Under the pieces are notes generated by a model. The model had not been told where the DNA came from, ran no database searches, and saw only the letters and a list, made by a program, of their open reading frames with translations. DNA of 64,000 nucleotides. Origin: Mobula hypostoma (taxonomy: Eukaryota). The stretch covers positions 113,896,001 to 113,960,000 of the forward strand of contig NC_086108.1 in the NCBI RefSeq assembly GCF_963921235.1. The letters run 5' to 3'. Position 1 is the first letter of the stretch. Every line of letters begins with the position of its first letter. Below, piece after piece: positions 35,295 through 48,398 of the stretch. The translations under genes were made by a program, and so were the position numbers.

Positions 35295-35706
35295 CTAAGT
35301 AAGTTGAAACTTGGAAGCATAAATTGGAAACAGATGTTCTCAGGGAAAAGTATGGAAGAAATGTGGCAAATATTCAGGGAATACTTGTGTGGGGTTCTGC
35401 GTAGACATGTTCCAATGAGACGGAAAGGATGGTAGGATACAGGAACGATGTACAAAGGCTATTGTGAATCTAGTCAAGAAGAAAAGAAGAGCTTAAGAAA
35501 GGTTCAAAAAACTAGGTAATGATAGAGATGTAAAAGATTATGAGGCTAGCAGGAAGGAGTTTAAGAAGGAAATTAGGAGAGCCAGAAGGGGCCATGAGAA
35601 GGCCTTGGTGGACAGGATTAAGGAAAACCCCAAGGCATTCTACAAATATGTGAAGAACAAGAGGATAAGACGTGACAGAACAAGCCCAATCAAGTGAGAC
35701 AGTGGA
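35295..35706 (+). mobile_element. CR1 ORF2 internal fragment
   Basis: NWKQMFSGK..KENPKAFYKYVKNKRI; may belong with 43337-44940. Confidence 0.7.
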
Positions 35707-36594
35707 CAATTTTTTTTACAAGAGACATGTTCACAGATCTGACTGTGGGCATTTGTTTAAACGTTGGCATGGTCTACTTTTCATTCTTCCTTTCAAGCCA
35801 AGGCCAGAGGTACTTCGATTTTGATTGACAATTCAATTGCTTTTGTTCAACATTATGTAATGTCTGACCCCAATGGGCAGTTCGTTATAGTCTCAAGGAA
35901 ACTAGATAACAAACTAATGGTTTTTGCTAATCTCTATGCTCCAAATATAGATGATCCTGGCCTTTTTGAACGTTTTTTTTTCCTTTTTACCCGACTTAAA
36001 TTTGTACTCTTTAATCTTGGGAGAGGATTTTAATTGCTGTCTTGACCCTTTTTTAGACCGTTCATCTTCGAAACAATTGTATATTAGTAGATCTGCCTCC
36101 TATATCCAATCTTTTCTAATGAAATGTGATATTATTGATGTTTGGCGTTTTTTGCATTTTTAAAAGTAGAGAATATTCCTTTTTTTTTCTCACGTTCATC
36201 ATATCTATTCCAGGATTAATTTTTTTTTGTTGATAGTCATTTGATACCCTGTGTTCAATCCTGTGATTATAAAGAAATTGCTGTTTCAGATCATGCCCCT
36301 GCTTTTAATCTTTAAATCTTCCGGGTGTTTCTCGATCAAACAGATTCTGGCATTTTAATCCAATTTTACTATCGGATAAGGCTTTTTTAATTACTTTTTT
36401 CTTTGAAGAGAATACGCTAGATGGTACTTCTAGCCTTATTATTTGGGATGCTTTCAAGGCTTATATTACAGGCCAAATTATTTCCTATACAGCAAGTATT
36501 AAGAAAAAAAGCTAATAAGGAGAGAACTGATTAGCCAATCAGCTAAAACATTTAGATCAATATGCTTCTGATCCAGATTCCGTTTTGTATAAAA

Positions 36595-37460
36595 GACCAT
36601 AAGACAAAGGAGCAGACTCGGCCATTCGGCCCATTGAGTCGCTCTGCCATTTTATCATGAGCTGATCCATTCTCCCATTTAGTCCCATTCCCCTGCCTTC
36701 TCACCATAACCTTTGATGCCCTGGCTACTCAGATACCTATCAATCTCTGCCTTAAATACACCCAATGACTTGGCCTCCACTGCCACCCATGGCAAAAAAT
36801 TCCATAGATTCACCACCCTCTGGCTAAAAAAATTCTTCGCATCTCTGTTCTGAATGGATGCTCTTCAATCCTTAAGTCATGCCCTCTCGTACTACACTCC
36901 TCCATCAAGGGAAACAACTTTGCCACATCCGCTCTGTCCACGCCTTTGAACATTCAAAATATTTCTATGAGGTCCCCCCTCATTCTTCTAAACTCCAAGG
37001 AATACAGTCCAAGAGCGGACAAACTTTCCTCATATGTTAACCCTCTCATTCCCAGAATACAGTCCAAGAGCGGACAAACGTTCCTCATATGTTAACCCTC
37101 TCATTCCTGGAATCATTCTAGTGAATCTTCTCTGAACCCTCTCCAACGTCAGCACATCCTTTCTTGAATAAGGAGCCCAAAACTGCCCACAGTACTCCAA
37201 GTGAGGTCTCACCAGCGCCTTATAGAGCCTCAACATCACATCCCTGCTCCTATACTCTATTCCTCTAGAAATGTATGGCAACATTGCATTCGCCTTCTTC
37301 ACCACCGACTCAACCTGGAGGTTAACCCTAAGGGTATCCTGCATGAGGACTCCCAAGTCCCGTTGCATCTCAGAACTTTGAATTCTCTCTCCATTTAAAT
37401 AATAGTCTGCCCATTTATTTCTTCTGCCAAAGTGCATATCCATACACTTTCCAACATTGT
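36595..37460 (-). mobile_element. CR1 3' fragment inserted into L1
   Basis: ORF 37030-37443 HLEYCGQFWAP; internal 55-bp tandem duplication at 37000-37109. Confidence 0.87.
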
Positions 37461-38653
37461 AACATTGACGTGTGGAAGTTAAAACTAAATATGATCTGTT
37501 CTTAACTTACCCCGTTGAAACTCAACTTTTAAAAGATAGAAGTCAATTTTATGTTCATGGTGATAAAACAGGCAAACTTTTAGCTAATCAACTTAAAACT
37601 TTAGCAGTTAAGCATCAAATTAAGGAAATCTCCAAAGCAAATGGTGATAAAACTTATGATCAATTATAAATAAATGATACTTTTAGAGAATTTTACTCTA
37701 AACTGTATAATTCAGATTCCCCTAAAGCCAATTTTGCTATGAATAATTTTCTAGATCATTTAAACATTCCTTCACTTTCTGAGGTTAATCAAAAATGGTT
37801 AGATCAACCTTTTCCTTGTGAGGAAATTGCCCGGGCTGTCCATTCTCTGAGTTTGGGGAAGGCTCCTGGTCCTGATGGATTTTCTGGAGAGTTCTACAAG
37901 GCTATTCCTCACTTACTTTCCATTCTTTCTGACTCTTCTAAATTAGGTAGGTTGCCACAATCTTTTTATGATCCCTCTATTTCACATATTCTCAAAAACA
38001 TTCTAACTTATATTATCTCTGATGACCAGACCAGATTTATTAAAAATCGTTATTCTCATTTTAACATTCATCATTTACTGAATATTATTTATTCTCCCTC
38101 TAAAGAAACTTCAGAAAGTATGATTCCTTTGGATGCTGAGAAAGCCTTTGACCGGGTTGAATGAAATTATTTACTTAAATATTAGAAAATTTTAAATTTG
38201 GCTCCAATTTTATTCAATGGATTAAATTACTTTATTCATCTCCCACTGCACAGGTTCTTACTAACTCTCAGAGTTCTAAAACCATTTAATCTCCAATGTG
38301 GAACCAGACAAGGATGTCCTTTGAGTCCTTTGCTTTTTGATTTGGCTTTAGAGCCTTTAGCCACTGTGTTTCGTGAATCCTTTGACATCTCGGGTATTTT
38401 AAGGAGGGGTATCACTCATAATGTGTCGTTTTATGCTGATGATCTTTTGATCTACATCTCTAATGTGGAGTCCTCTCTACCCTCAGTACTCTCTTTACTT
38501 TCTGAATTTAGTCAGTTCTCAGGATATAAACTTAATCTTCATAAGAGTGAACTTTTTTCTTTGAGTAATTTGGTATCAGCCAACTCTGACCTTCCTTTTA
38601 AAATTGTAAGAAATCAATTTACATATTTGGGTATAACAATTATTAAGAATTAT

Positions 38654-38856
38654 AAACAACAGGAATTCTGCAGATGCTGGAAATTCAAGCAACACACATC
38701 AAAGTTGCTGGTGAACGCAGCAGGCCAGGCAGCATCTCTAGGAAGAGGTGCAGTCGACGTTTCAGGCCGAGACCCTTCGTCCTAGAGATGCTAGGACGAA
38801 CCTCTTCCTAAAGAAGCTGCTTGGCCTGCTGCGTTCACCAGCAACTTTGATGTGTG
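38654..38856 (-). mobile_element. Miniature Penelope fold-back insertion inside L1 RT
   Basis: Inverted arms; TSD TTA(T/C)TAAGAATTATAAA around 38640-38656 and 38857-38873. Confidence 0.87.
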
Positions 38857-39762
38857 TTACTAAGAATTATAAATTTCTTTTTAAAGAAAACTTTATCACT
38901 CTTTTGGAATATGTTAAGAAGGAACTATCAAATTGGCCCCCCTTTGTTTATCGCTGATTGGACGTATTAATTCTATTAAAATGAATATTTTGCCTAAATT
39001 TTTATACTTATTTCAAGCTCTACCTGTCTTTATTCCTAAATCCTTTTTCGACTCTTTAGATTCGATTATATCTTTTTACTTATGCAAGAATTAACCCCCC
39101 CCCACCCGATTAAACAAAGTTCATCTTCAGAAAGCTACAAAAAATGGGGGATCAGCAGTACCCAATTTTAGGTTTTACTAATGGGCAGTCAACATACACT
39201 ACCTTACGTTTTGGATATACTACATTAATCGTGAAGACTGTCCGGTTTGGGTTTCTTCAGAAGTTAATTCTGTTAATAAATTTTCTATTATTTCTCTTCT
39301 TGGGTGTTCAATTCCTGTATCCATAAGTAATTTAACTGATAATTTTGTAGTTAAACATTCTTTGAGGATTTGGTTACAATCTAGAAAATTCTTTGGGTTA
39401 TTTGGTTTTTCGCTCTCTTGTCCCATTTTTTCTAATTATTTTTTAAAATCTTCTTTGACTGATGTAGTATTTGATCAATCTTCGTAAAGCTCACTTTTTT
39501 AGATATTTACAAATTAGCGACTTCTTGCATTCTCAACTTTATACATTTCCTAAATGTCCAGATAAGAATTTAATTGATACTATTTTTACTTTGAAACCTT
39601 TTCATAATGGATCTAATTCTACTAATTATAGTATGTTGTTGGCATTGAGAAAAATTAAAAACCTTTGGGAACATGACCAACAGATTTCAATTGATGGGGA
39701 TACTTGGAATGAAATTTTTAAACTTGTTCACACCTCTTTGCTATGTGCATGTCACTCTCTTT

Positions 39763-42700
39763 TAGAAACATAGAAAATAGGTGCAGGAGTAGGCCATTTG
39801 GCCCTTCGAGCCTGCACCGCCATTCAGTATGATCATGGCTGATCATCCAACTCAGAACCCTGTACCTGCCTTCCCCCCATAGCCCCTGATCCCCGTAGCC
39901 ACAAGGGCCATATCTAACTCCCTCTTAAATATAGCCAATGAACTGGCCTCAACTGTTTCCTGTGCCAGAGAATTCCACAGGTTCACCACTCTCTGTGTGA
40001 AGAAGTTTTTTCTCATCTCGGTCCTAAAAGGCTTCCCCTTTATCCTCAAACTGTGACCCCTTGTTCTGGACTTCCCCAACATGGGGAACAATCTTCCTAC
40101 ATCTAGCCTGTCCAATCCCTTTAGAATTTTATACGTTTCAATAAGATCCCCCCTCAATCTTCTAAATTCTAGAGAGTATAAGCCTTGTCGATCGAGTCTT
40201 TCTTCACATGAAAGTCCTGCCAAACCAGGAATCAATCTGGTGAATCTTCTTTGTACTCCCTCTATGGCAAGGATGTCTTTCCTCAGATTAGGGGACCAAA
40301 ACTGCACTCAATACTCCAGGTGTGGTCTCACCAAGGCCTTGTACAACTGCAGTAGTACCTCCCTGCTCCTGTACTCAAATCCTCTCGCTATAAATGCCAG
40401 CATACCATTCGCCTTTTTCACCGCCTGCTGTACCTGCATGCCCACTTTCAATGACTGGTGTATAATGACACCCAGGTCTCGTTGCGCCTCCCCTTTTCCT
40501 AATCAGCCACCATTCAGATAATAATCTGTTTTCCTGTTCTTGCCACCTAAGTGGATAACCTCACATTTATCCACATTAATTTGCATCTGCCATGAATTTG
40601 CCCACTCACCTAACCTATCCAAGTCACCCTGCATCCTCTTAGCATCCTCCTCACAGCTAACACTGCCGCCCAGCTTCGTGTCATCCGCAAACTTGGAGAT
40701 GCTGCTTTTAATTCCCTCATCTAAGTCATTAATATATATTGTAAACAACTAGGGTCCCAGCACTGAGCCTGGCGTTACCCTACTAGTCACTGCCTGCCAT
40801 TCTGAAAAGGTCCCGTTTATTCCCACTCTTTGCTTCCTGTCTGCCAACCAATTCTCTATCCACATCAATACCTTACCCGCAATACCGTGTGCTTTAAGTT
40901 TGCACACTAATCTCCTGTGTGGGACCTTGTCAAAAGCCTTTTGAAAATCCAAATATACCACATCCACTGGTTCTCCCCTATCCACTCTACTAGTTACATC
41001 CTCAAAAAATTCTATGAGATTCGTCAGACATGATTTTCCTTTTACAAATCCATGCTGACTTTGTCCAATGATTTCACCGCTTTCCAAATGTGCTGTTATC
41101 ACATCTTTGATAACTGACTCTAGCATTTTCCCCACTACCGATGTCAGGCTTACGAGTCTATAATTCCCCGGTTTCTCTCTCCCTCCTTTTTTAAAAAGTG
41201 GGGTTACATTAGCCACCCTCCAATCCTCAGGAACTAATCCAGAATCTAAAGAGTTTTGAAAAATTATCACTAATGCATCCACTATTTCTTGGGCTACTTC
41301 CTTAAGCACTCTGGGATGCAGACCATCTGGCCCTGGGGATTTATCTGCCTTTAATCCCTTCAATTTACCTAACACCACTTCCCTACTAACATGTATTTCC
41401 CTCAGTTCCTCCATCTCACTAGACCCTTGGTCCCCTACTATTTCCAGAAGATTATTTATGTCCTCCTTAGTGAAGACAGAATCAAAGTAGTTATTCAATT
41501 GGTCTGCCATGTCCTTGTTCCCCATGATCAATTCACCTGTTTCTGACTGTAAGGGACCTACATTTGTCTTAACCAATCTTTTTCTTTTCTCCTATCTATA
41601 AAAGCTTTTACAGTCAGTTTTTATGTTCCCTGCCAGCTTTCTCTCTTAATCTTTTTTCCCTTTCCTAATTAAGCCCTTTGTCCTCCTCTGCGGGACTCTG
41701 AATTTCTCCCAGTCCTCAGGTGAGCCGCTTTTTCTGGCTAATTTGTATGTTTCTTCTTTGGAATTGATACTGTCCCTAATTTCCTTTGTCAGCCACGGGT
41801 GCACTACCTTCCCTGGTTTATTCTTTTGCCAAACTGGGATGAACAATTGTTGTAGTTCATCCATGCGATCTTTAAATGTTTGCCATTGCATATCCACCGT
41901 CAACCCTTTAAGTATCATTTGCCAGTCTATCTTAGCTAATTCACGTGTCATACCCTCAAAGTAACCCTTCTTTAAGTTCAGAACCTTTGTTACTGAATTA
42001 ACTATATCACTCTCCATCTTAATGAAGAGTTCCACCATACCCAAGGGGCCTCGCACGACAAGATTGCTAACTAACCCTTCCTCATTGCTCAATACCCAGT
42101 CTAGAATGGCCTGCTCTCTTGTTGGTTCCTCGACATGTTGGTTCAGAAAACTATCCCGCATACATTCCAAGAAATCCTCTTCCTCAGCACCCTTACCAAT
42201 TTGGTTCACTCAATCTATATGTAGATTGAAGCCACCCATTATAACTGCTGTTCCTTTATTGCACATATTTCTAATTTCCTGTTTAATGCCATCCCCAACC
42301 TCACTACTACTGCTAGGTGGCCTATACACAACTCCCACCAGCCTTTTCTGCCCCTTAGTGTTATGCAGCTCTACCCATATCAATTCCACATCCTCCCGGC
42401 TAATGTCCTTCCTTTCTATTGCATTAATCTCCTCTCTAACCAGCAATGCCACCCCACCTCCTTTTCTTTCATGTCTATCCCTCCTGAATATTGAATATCC
42501 CTGAATGTTGAGCTCCCATCCTTGGTCACCCTGAAGCCATGTCTCTGTGATCCCAACTATATCATATTCATTAATAACTATCTGCACGTTCAATTCATCC
42601 ACCTTGTTCCGAATGCTCCTTGCACTGACACACAAAGCCTTCAGGCTTGCTTTTACAACACTCTTAGCCCTTATACAATCCCCCTGTTGTGAACTAACCT

Positions 42701-43336
42701 CCTCTCTCCTAGTCTTTTAAATTTGATTCCCACCCCCCAACCATTCTAGTTTAAAGTCACCTCAGTAGCCCTCACAAATCTCCCCGCCAGGATATTGGTC
42801 CCCCTAGGATTCAAGTGTAACCCGTCCTTTTTGTACAGGTTACACCTGCGCCAAAAGAGGTCCCAATGATCCAAAAACTTGAATCCCTGCCCCCTGCTCT
42901 AATCCCTTAGCCACGCATTTATCCTCCACCTCATTCCATTTCTACTCTCACTGTCGCGTGGCACAGGCAATAATCCCGAGATTACTACCTTTGTGGTCCT
43001 TTTTCTCGACTCCCATTCCTAGCTCCCTATATTCTCCTTTCAGGACCTCTTCCCTTTTCCTACCTATGTCATTGGTACCTTTATGTACCACGACCTCAGG
43101 CTCCTCACCCTCCCACTTCAGGATATCTTGGACACGATCAGAAATATCCCAGACCCTGGCACCAGGGAGGCAAACTACCATCCGGGTCTCTGGACTGCGT
43201 CCACAGAATCGCCTATCTAACCCCCTTACTATCGAGCCCCCTATTACAACTGCCCTCCTCTTCCTTTCCCTACCCTTCTGAGCTACAGGGCCGGACTCTG
43301 TGCCAGAGGCACGGCCACTGTCGCTTCCCCCAGGTA
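39763..43336 (-). mobile_element. Long young CR1: ORF1 esterase C-terminus, nearly complete ORF2, 3' UTR
   Basis: CLPGARV..VHKGTNDIG (SGNH esterase-like), ARSIRNK..GITETWL, KSPGPDG, FADDTK; TTTCTATG tail. Confidence 0.94.
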
Positions 43337-44940
43337 ATATGTAGATATTAAGAAAGAGGATGTGCTGGAGCTTTTGGAAAGCATCAAGTTGGATAAGTCA
43401 CCGGGACCGGACGGGATGTACCCCAGGCTACTGTGAGAAGTGAGGGAGGATATTGCTGAGCCTCTGGCAATGATCTTTGCATCATCAGTGAGGACGGGAG
43501 AGGTTCCGGAGGATTGGAGGGTTACATATGTTGTTCCCTTATTCAAGAGAGAGAGTAGAGATAACCCAGGAAATTATAGGCCAGTAAATCTTACTTCAGT
43601 GGTTGATAAGTTGATGGAGAAGATACTGAAAGGCAGGATTTACGTACATTTGGAGAGGCATAATTTGATTAAAAACAGTCAGCATGGCTTTGTGCCTTAC
43701 GAGCCGGATTGAATTTTTTGAGGAAAGCGACTATACACATTAATGAAGGTAGATCTGTAGATATCATGTTTATAGATTTCAGCAAGACATTTGATAAGGT
43801 GCCCGATGCAAGGCTTATTGAGAAAGTAAGGAGGTATGGTATCCAAGGGGACATTGATTTGTGGATCCAGAACTGGCTTGTCCACAGAAGGCAAAGAGCA
43901 GTTTTAGAGGGATCATATTCTGCATGGAGGTCGGCGACCAGTGGTGTGCTTCAGGGATCTGTTCTGGGACCCCCACTATTCGTGATTTTTATAAGTGACC
44001 TGGATGAGGAAGCGGAGGGATGGGTTAGTAAGTTTGCTGATGACACAAAGGTTGGGGGTGTTGTGGATAGTGTGGAGGGCTGTCAGAGGTTACAGCGGGA
44101 CATTGATAGGATGCAAAACTGGGCTGAGAAGTGGCAGATGGAGTTCAACCCAAATAAGTGTGAAATGGTTCATTTTGGTAGGTCAAATATGATGGCAGAA
44201 TTTCGTATTAATGGTAAGACTCTTGGCAGTGTGGAGGGTGACAGGGATCTCGGGGTCCGAGTCCATAAGACACTCAAAGCTGCTCTGCAGGTTTACTCTC
44301 TGGTTAAGAAGGCATACGGTGCATTGGCCTTCATCAACCATGGGATTGAGTTTAACAGCTGAGAGGTAATATTGCAGCTGTATAAGATCCTGGTCAGACC
44401 CCACTTGGAGTACTGTGCTCAGTTCTGGCCGCCTCACTGCAGGAAGGATGTGGAAGCCATAGAAAAGGTGCAGCGGAGATTTACAAGGATGTTGCCTGGA
44501 TTGGGGAGCATGCCTTATGAAAACAGGTTGAGTGAACTCAGCTTTTTCTCCTTAGAGCGACGGAGGATAAGAGATGACCTGATAGAGGTGTACAAGATAA
44601 TGAGAGGAATTGATCATGTGGATAGTCAGAGGCTTTTTCCCAGGGTGGAAATGGCTAACATGAGAGGGCATAGTTTTAAGGTGCTTGGAAGTAGGTACAG
44701 AGGAGATGTCAGGGGTAAGTTTTTTTTAACGCAGAGAGTGGTGAGTGCGTGGAATGGGCTGCCAGTGGTGGTGGTGGAGGTGGAAACAATAGGGTCTTTT
44801 AAGAGATTCCTGGATAGGTACATGGAGCTCAGAAAAATAGAGGGCTGTGGGTAAGCCTCGGTAGTTCTAAGGTAAGTACATGTTCGGCACAACTTTGTTG
44901 TCCGATGGGCCGGCATTGTGCAGTATGTTTTCTATGTTCT
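43337..44940 (+). mobile_element. CR1 LINE RT and 3' UTR
   Basis: ORFs 43440-44854 NYRPVNLTS, FADDTK, HLEYCAQFW. Confidence 0.92.
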
Positions 44941-44944
44941 AAGC

Positions 44945-45135
44945 CAGGGGCTGGCAACCTTTTTGCCTCTGTGGGCCGGATCGCATATTAATGAGCGGAT
45001 GTTAGGCCAGATAAATGCCATAAAAAACTTGAAATATGGGAATTATCCATTTAAATACATCTAGTTATGTTTTGTCACAAATTAATGAATAACGCATGCT
45101 AGAAAATCATTTGTGTTTAAGGTTGCCTACCCCTG
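44945..45135. mobile_element. hAT-family MITE (191 bp)
   Basis: TIRs CAGGGGCTGGCAACCTT / AAGGTTGCCTACCCCTG; perfect 8-bp TSD TTCTAAGC (44937-44944, 45136-45143). Confidence 0.9.
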
Positions 45136-45499
45136 TTCTAAGCTTTAATTTGCAATGTGGATATGATCTGCTCTCAGGTATCACAAAGAACAAAGCATAA
45201 AACTATAATTAAGAGCAGAGAGATTAAACTTTCCAGAACTGTTTAAAATTTCCATGAGGAAAATATTTCTGCTTGAGCATTGTTTCGGGAGGCCCATGGA
45301 GATGACTACTTACTGACACCATGACTCAGGTCACCATTGGGACAGAAAATTAAACAAATGTTATCTTCATTTCAAGTAATGTTAATTTCAAAAACTTTAG
45401 AACCAAACCAAAACATTACAGATATAAACAGTGTCCCACGTGGTCTCATCACCCCACAGTGATTGTAGCTTAACAGAAATGGCAAGTTGACAGACCAGC

Positions 45500-45927
45500 G
45501 CTCCCTCAGTATCTTCCCCTCCCACAGTGTGACCCTCTCTCAGTACCACCCCTCCCCCACTGGGCAACCCTTCTTCAGTACCACCCTTCCTACAAGGCGA
45601 CTCTCCCTCAGTACCACCCCTCCCACAGTGTGACCTTCCCTCAGTACCACCCCCCACAGTGTGACCCTCCTTCAGTACCACCCCTCCCACAGAGAGACCC
45701 TCCCTCAGTACCACCCCTCCCACAGTGTGACCCTCCCTCAGTACCACCCCTCCCACAGTGTGACCCTCGCTCAGTACCACCCCTCCCACAGTGTGACCCC
45801 CCCTCGGTACCACCCCTCCCACAGTGTGACCCTCCCTCAGTACCACCCCCCCACAGTGTGGCCCTCCCTCAGTACCACCCCCCCCACAGTGTGACCCTCC
45901 CTCAGTACCACTCCTCCCACAGTGTGG
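45500..45927. repeat. Minisatellite, about 33-bp unit CAGTACCACCCCTCCCACAGTGTGACCCTCCCT, about 13 copies
   Basis: Tandem units read directly. Confidence 0.95.
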
Positions 45928-46332
45928 CTGGCTCTACTTCATTTAAATAATAGCCTCAATTATTTGCTCACAGCTCTGAATTAGGGATGATACCTTGCAA
46001 GATCTATCCACGTTAGAGTTGTCAACTAAGTTCATTTGCTCTATCCCCAATTTCTAGCAATAAAATTAATCCAGAATATGCTGTAGTAATTACTCTGAGT
46101 TAGTGTCTACATTTCGGTCTTTGGTGTAAACAGAAAATATTGGAAACACTCAGAAGGTTGGGCAGCATCTGTGGAGAAAGAAACGATGTTTCAGATCACT
46201 GCTGCTCACGCTAACTCGTTTCTGTCTCTATTCTAATGAAGGATTCTGGACCTGAAATGTTAACAGTTTCTCTCGCCTCACGCCTAATATTTTCACATTT
46301 ATGCCTTTATGCTGACTGGCGACATCTGTAGT

Positions 46333-46338
46333 TTTATT
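46333..46338 (-). promoter_or_regulatory. Candidate RABGGTB polyadenylation signal AATAAA
   Basis: AATAAA on the minus strand about 410 nt after the stop codon; not confirmed. Confidence 0.4.
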
Positions 46339-46746
46339 TTGTTGATTTCCACTCAAGCCTTTGGCTTCTGTTCACTTTGCAAAGGCCATTAAATCACCCT
46401 TTGCTGTTGCTCAACCATCGTTACAGTGAATAATGTCAAGCTTCATACAGACATCAGGTAACACAATGGACAAGGATTTACAGAGATTTAGTCTGTGCAG
46501 TGGAAGATGCAGCGTCGGCAAAGGGCTCTCAGGAAGTACGACAGGTCACCGAAGGAGTTCCTCCTTGCACTGATACACAAGAAACCAGAACTGAATGAAT
46601 CAAATTGTAGTAGCAGTCATAGCTCGAGTTATTGCCAAACCCCAGTGACAGGATAAACATTTCAATACTGCTTGTCACAGTCAGGTTGATCAGTATTGTC
46701 TAGAATCGTATTTCTAATAGCACTGCAACCTGACCTCCTCTTCCCT

Positions 46747-46887
46747 TTAGCTCAGGAGGTGTGGCTGGAGGCCGATCCTCTGCAAGGTTTCCTCGGGCAT
46801 GCAGAACACCGGGTTCACTGTCTTCACCTGCTGTTCACCCATGAGAGAAAGGCCAGCCACACCAAACAGAGTGTGGAAAGGATCAAC
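46747..46887 (-). CDS. RABGGTB: Rab geranylgeranyltransferase beta subunit, last coding exon
   Basis: tag|[49 protein letters not shown], 141 nt. Confidence 0.96.
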   Translation of the reverse strand, partial: VDPFHTLFGVAGLSLMGEQQVKTVNPVFCMPEETLQRIGLQPHLLS

Positions 46888-47432
46888 CTAGGCATAAAGA
46901 GACTCAATTAATTGGGAAACCACTTAGTCATAGAGCACTGCAGCACAGAAACAAGTCTTTTGGTCCATTTCGTCCCCACCAGACTGTTATTCTGCTTAAT
47001 CCCATTGGTCCTCATGTGGACCACAGCCCTCCAACTCTCTCCCATGCATGTACTGATCCAAACTTTTCAATTATTGCAATCCACCACTTCCGCTGGCAGC
47101 TCGCTCCACACCCGCTACCCTGAGTGAAGTAGTTCCTCTCATGTTCCCGTTGAACATTTCAGTCTTCACCTTAACCTATGACCTCTAGTTCTAGTCTCAC
47201 ACAACCTGCTTGCATTTACCCTATCTATAACCCTCAATAATTTTGTGTACCCTCTATCCAATCTGCTCTCATTCTCCTGCACTCCAGTTGAACCCAGATT
47301 ACTGATGCTGTAAAGCATGATGCTAACCCTTACCGACAACTTACTAACTCATACATAAATGTGGGGAAAAATCCCATTTCCGCTTCTCCCCCAGAGGCTC
47401 CCCAAGTTCCACTTCCATCTTCTACATCGTTA

Positions 47433-47648
<216 letters not shown>

Positions 47649-48070
47649 CTAAAACTCTTCTGCCAGTTACAAGCCTTAACATAATGATTTTTGCTCTTCA
47701 TTATCAAAAATCAAAGTTCAAAGTAATTTTATTATCATCAAAGTACATGCATATCACCATATACTAACCTGAGATACATTTTCTATTCTGGTTGCATTTT
47801 GTTCTAGAGTTGGTGAAATCATACAACAAAAATAGATCCTTCACCCCATCATTCCCTTGTTGACCATCATGAGTACACAGAAGCCCTGCAGAAGTGGTGG
47901 TTGTAGACCACCAGAAGCTCCTTACCCAGTTGCCCACCTGTTACCTCATCTCTAGAAGAGCTTGTGGTTATACATTGGCCTCAACATTTGAGGATAGGCT
48001 GAGCAAGCTAGTGTTTTTCTCTTTGGAATGAAGGAGGGTGAGAGATGACTTGATAGAAGTGTACAAGATG

Positions 48071-48398
48071 TGTATCCCAGCATGTGAATACAGACTCCGG
48101 CGGATTGAGCGGATGAGACCAATGGAAGGTCCAAAGGTCAAGAAAGCGGTCTCTGCAAGCGTCATGGAATGTGTAGAGCACGACAAGACACAGAAGACGT
48201 CTTGGTCATCCACTGTGCCTAGACCATCTCCAGCCGTCTCGACTCTGTCTTGCCACTGGATCCAGATGGGAATTGGGAAGAGAGAGTGAGGCTGACGCTG
48301 CGGAACTCTCCCTCATTTAAATCCAAATCATGCGCTAGTCTCGACACCATCAATGGTCTCGAGGTCTTCATCGACGACGACGATGGACGAACAACAAT
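48071..48398 (+). mobile_element. Unclassified non-coding retroposon-like insertion (related to 62818-63323)
   Basis: Inserted in a CR1 fragment with AAGATG duplicated; GAC/AAC repeat tail. Confidence 0.55.

Larger units (their letters stand above)
35707..39762 (+). mobile_element. L1-clade LINE ORF2 (endonuclease + RT), degenerate, interrupted by CR1 and PLE
   Basis: ARGTSILI, NLYAPN, LGEDFNC, KAPGPDGFSGEFYK, DAEKAFDRVE, GTRQGCPLSPLLF, YADDLL. Confidence 0.9.

Noticed and set aside
37000..37109. 55-bp direct repeat
   Set aside because: Simple tandem duplication inside a dead CR1; no sign of function
40081..42504. Long ORFs antisense to CR1 (also 1250-1711, 59694-60032)
   Set aside because: Shadow frames of LINE ORF2
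45397..45950. Repetitive ORFs and a CRISPR-like look
   Set aside because: Tandem minisatellite with no unique spacers; the ORFs are translation artefacts
46081..46100. AATTACTCTGAG resembling the 3' end of SNORD45/U45
   Set aside because: Wrong strand, not intronic, no C box and no complete 18S guide; no U45 copy found in the introns present
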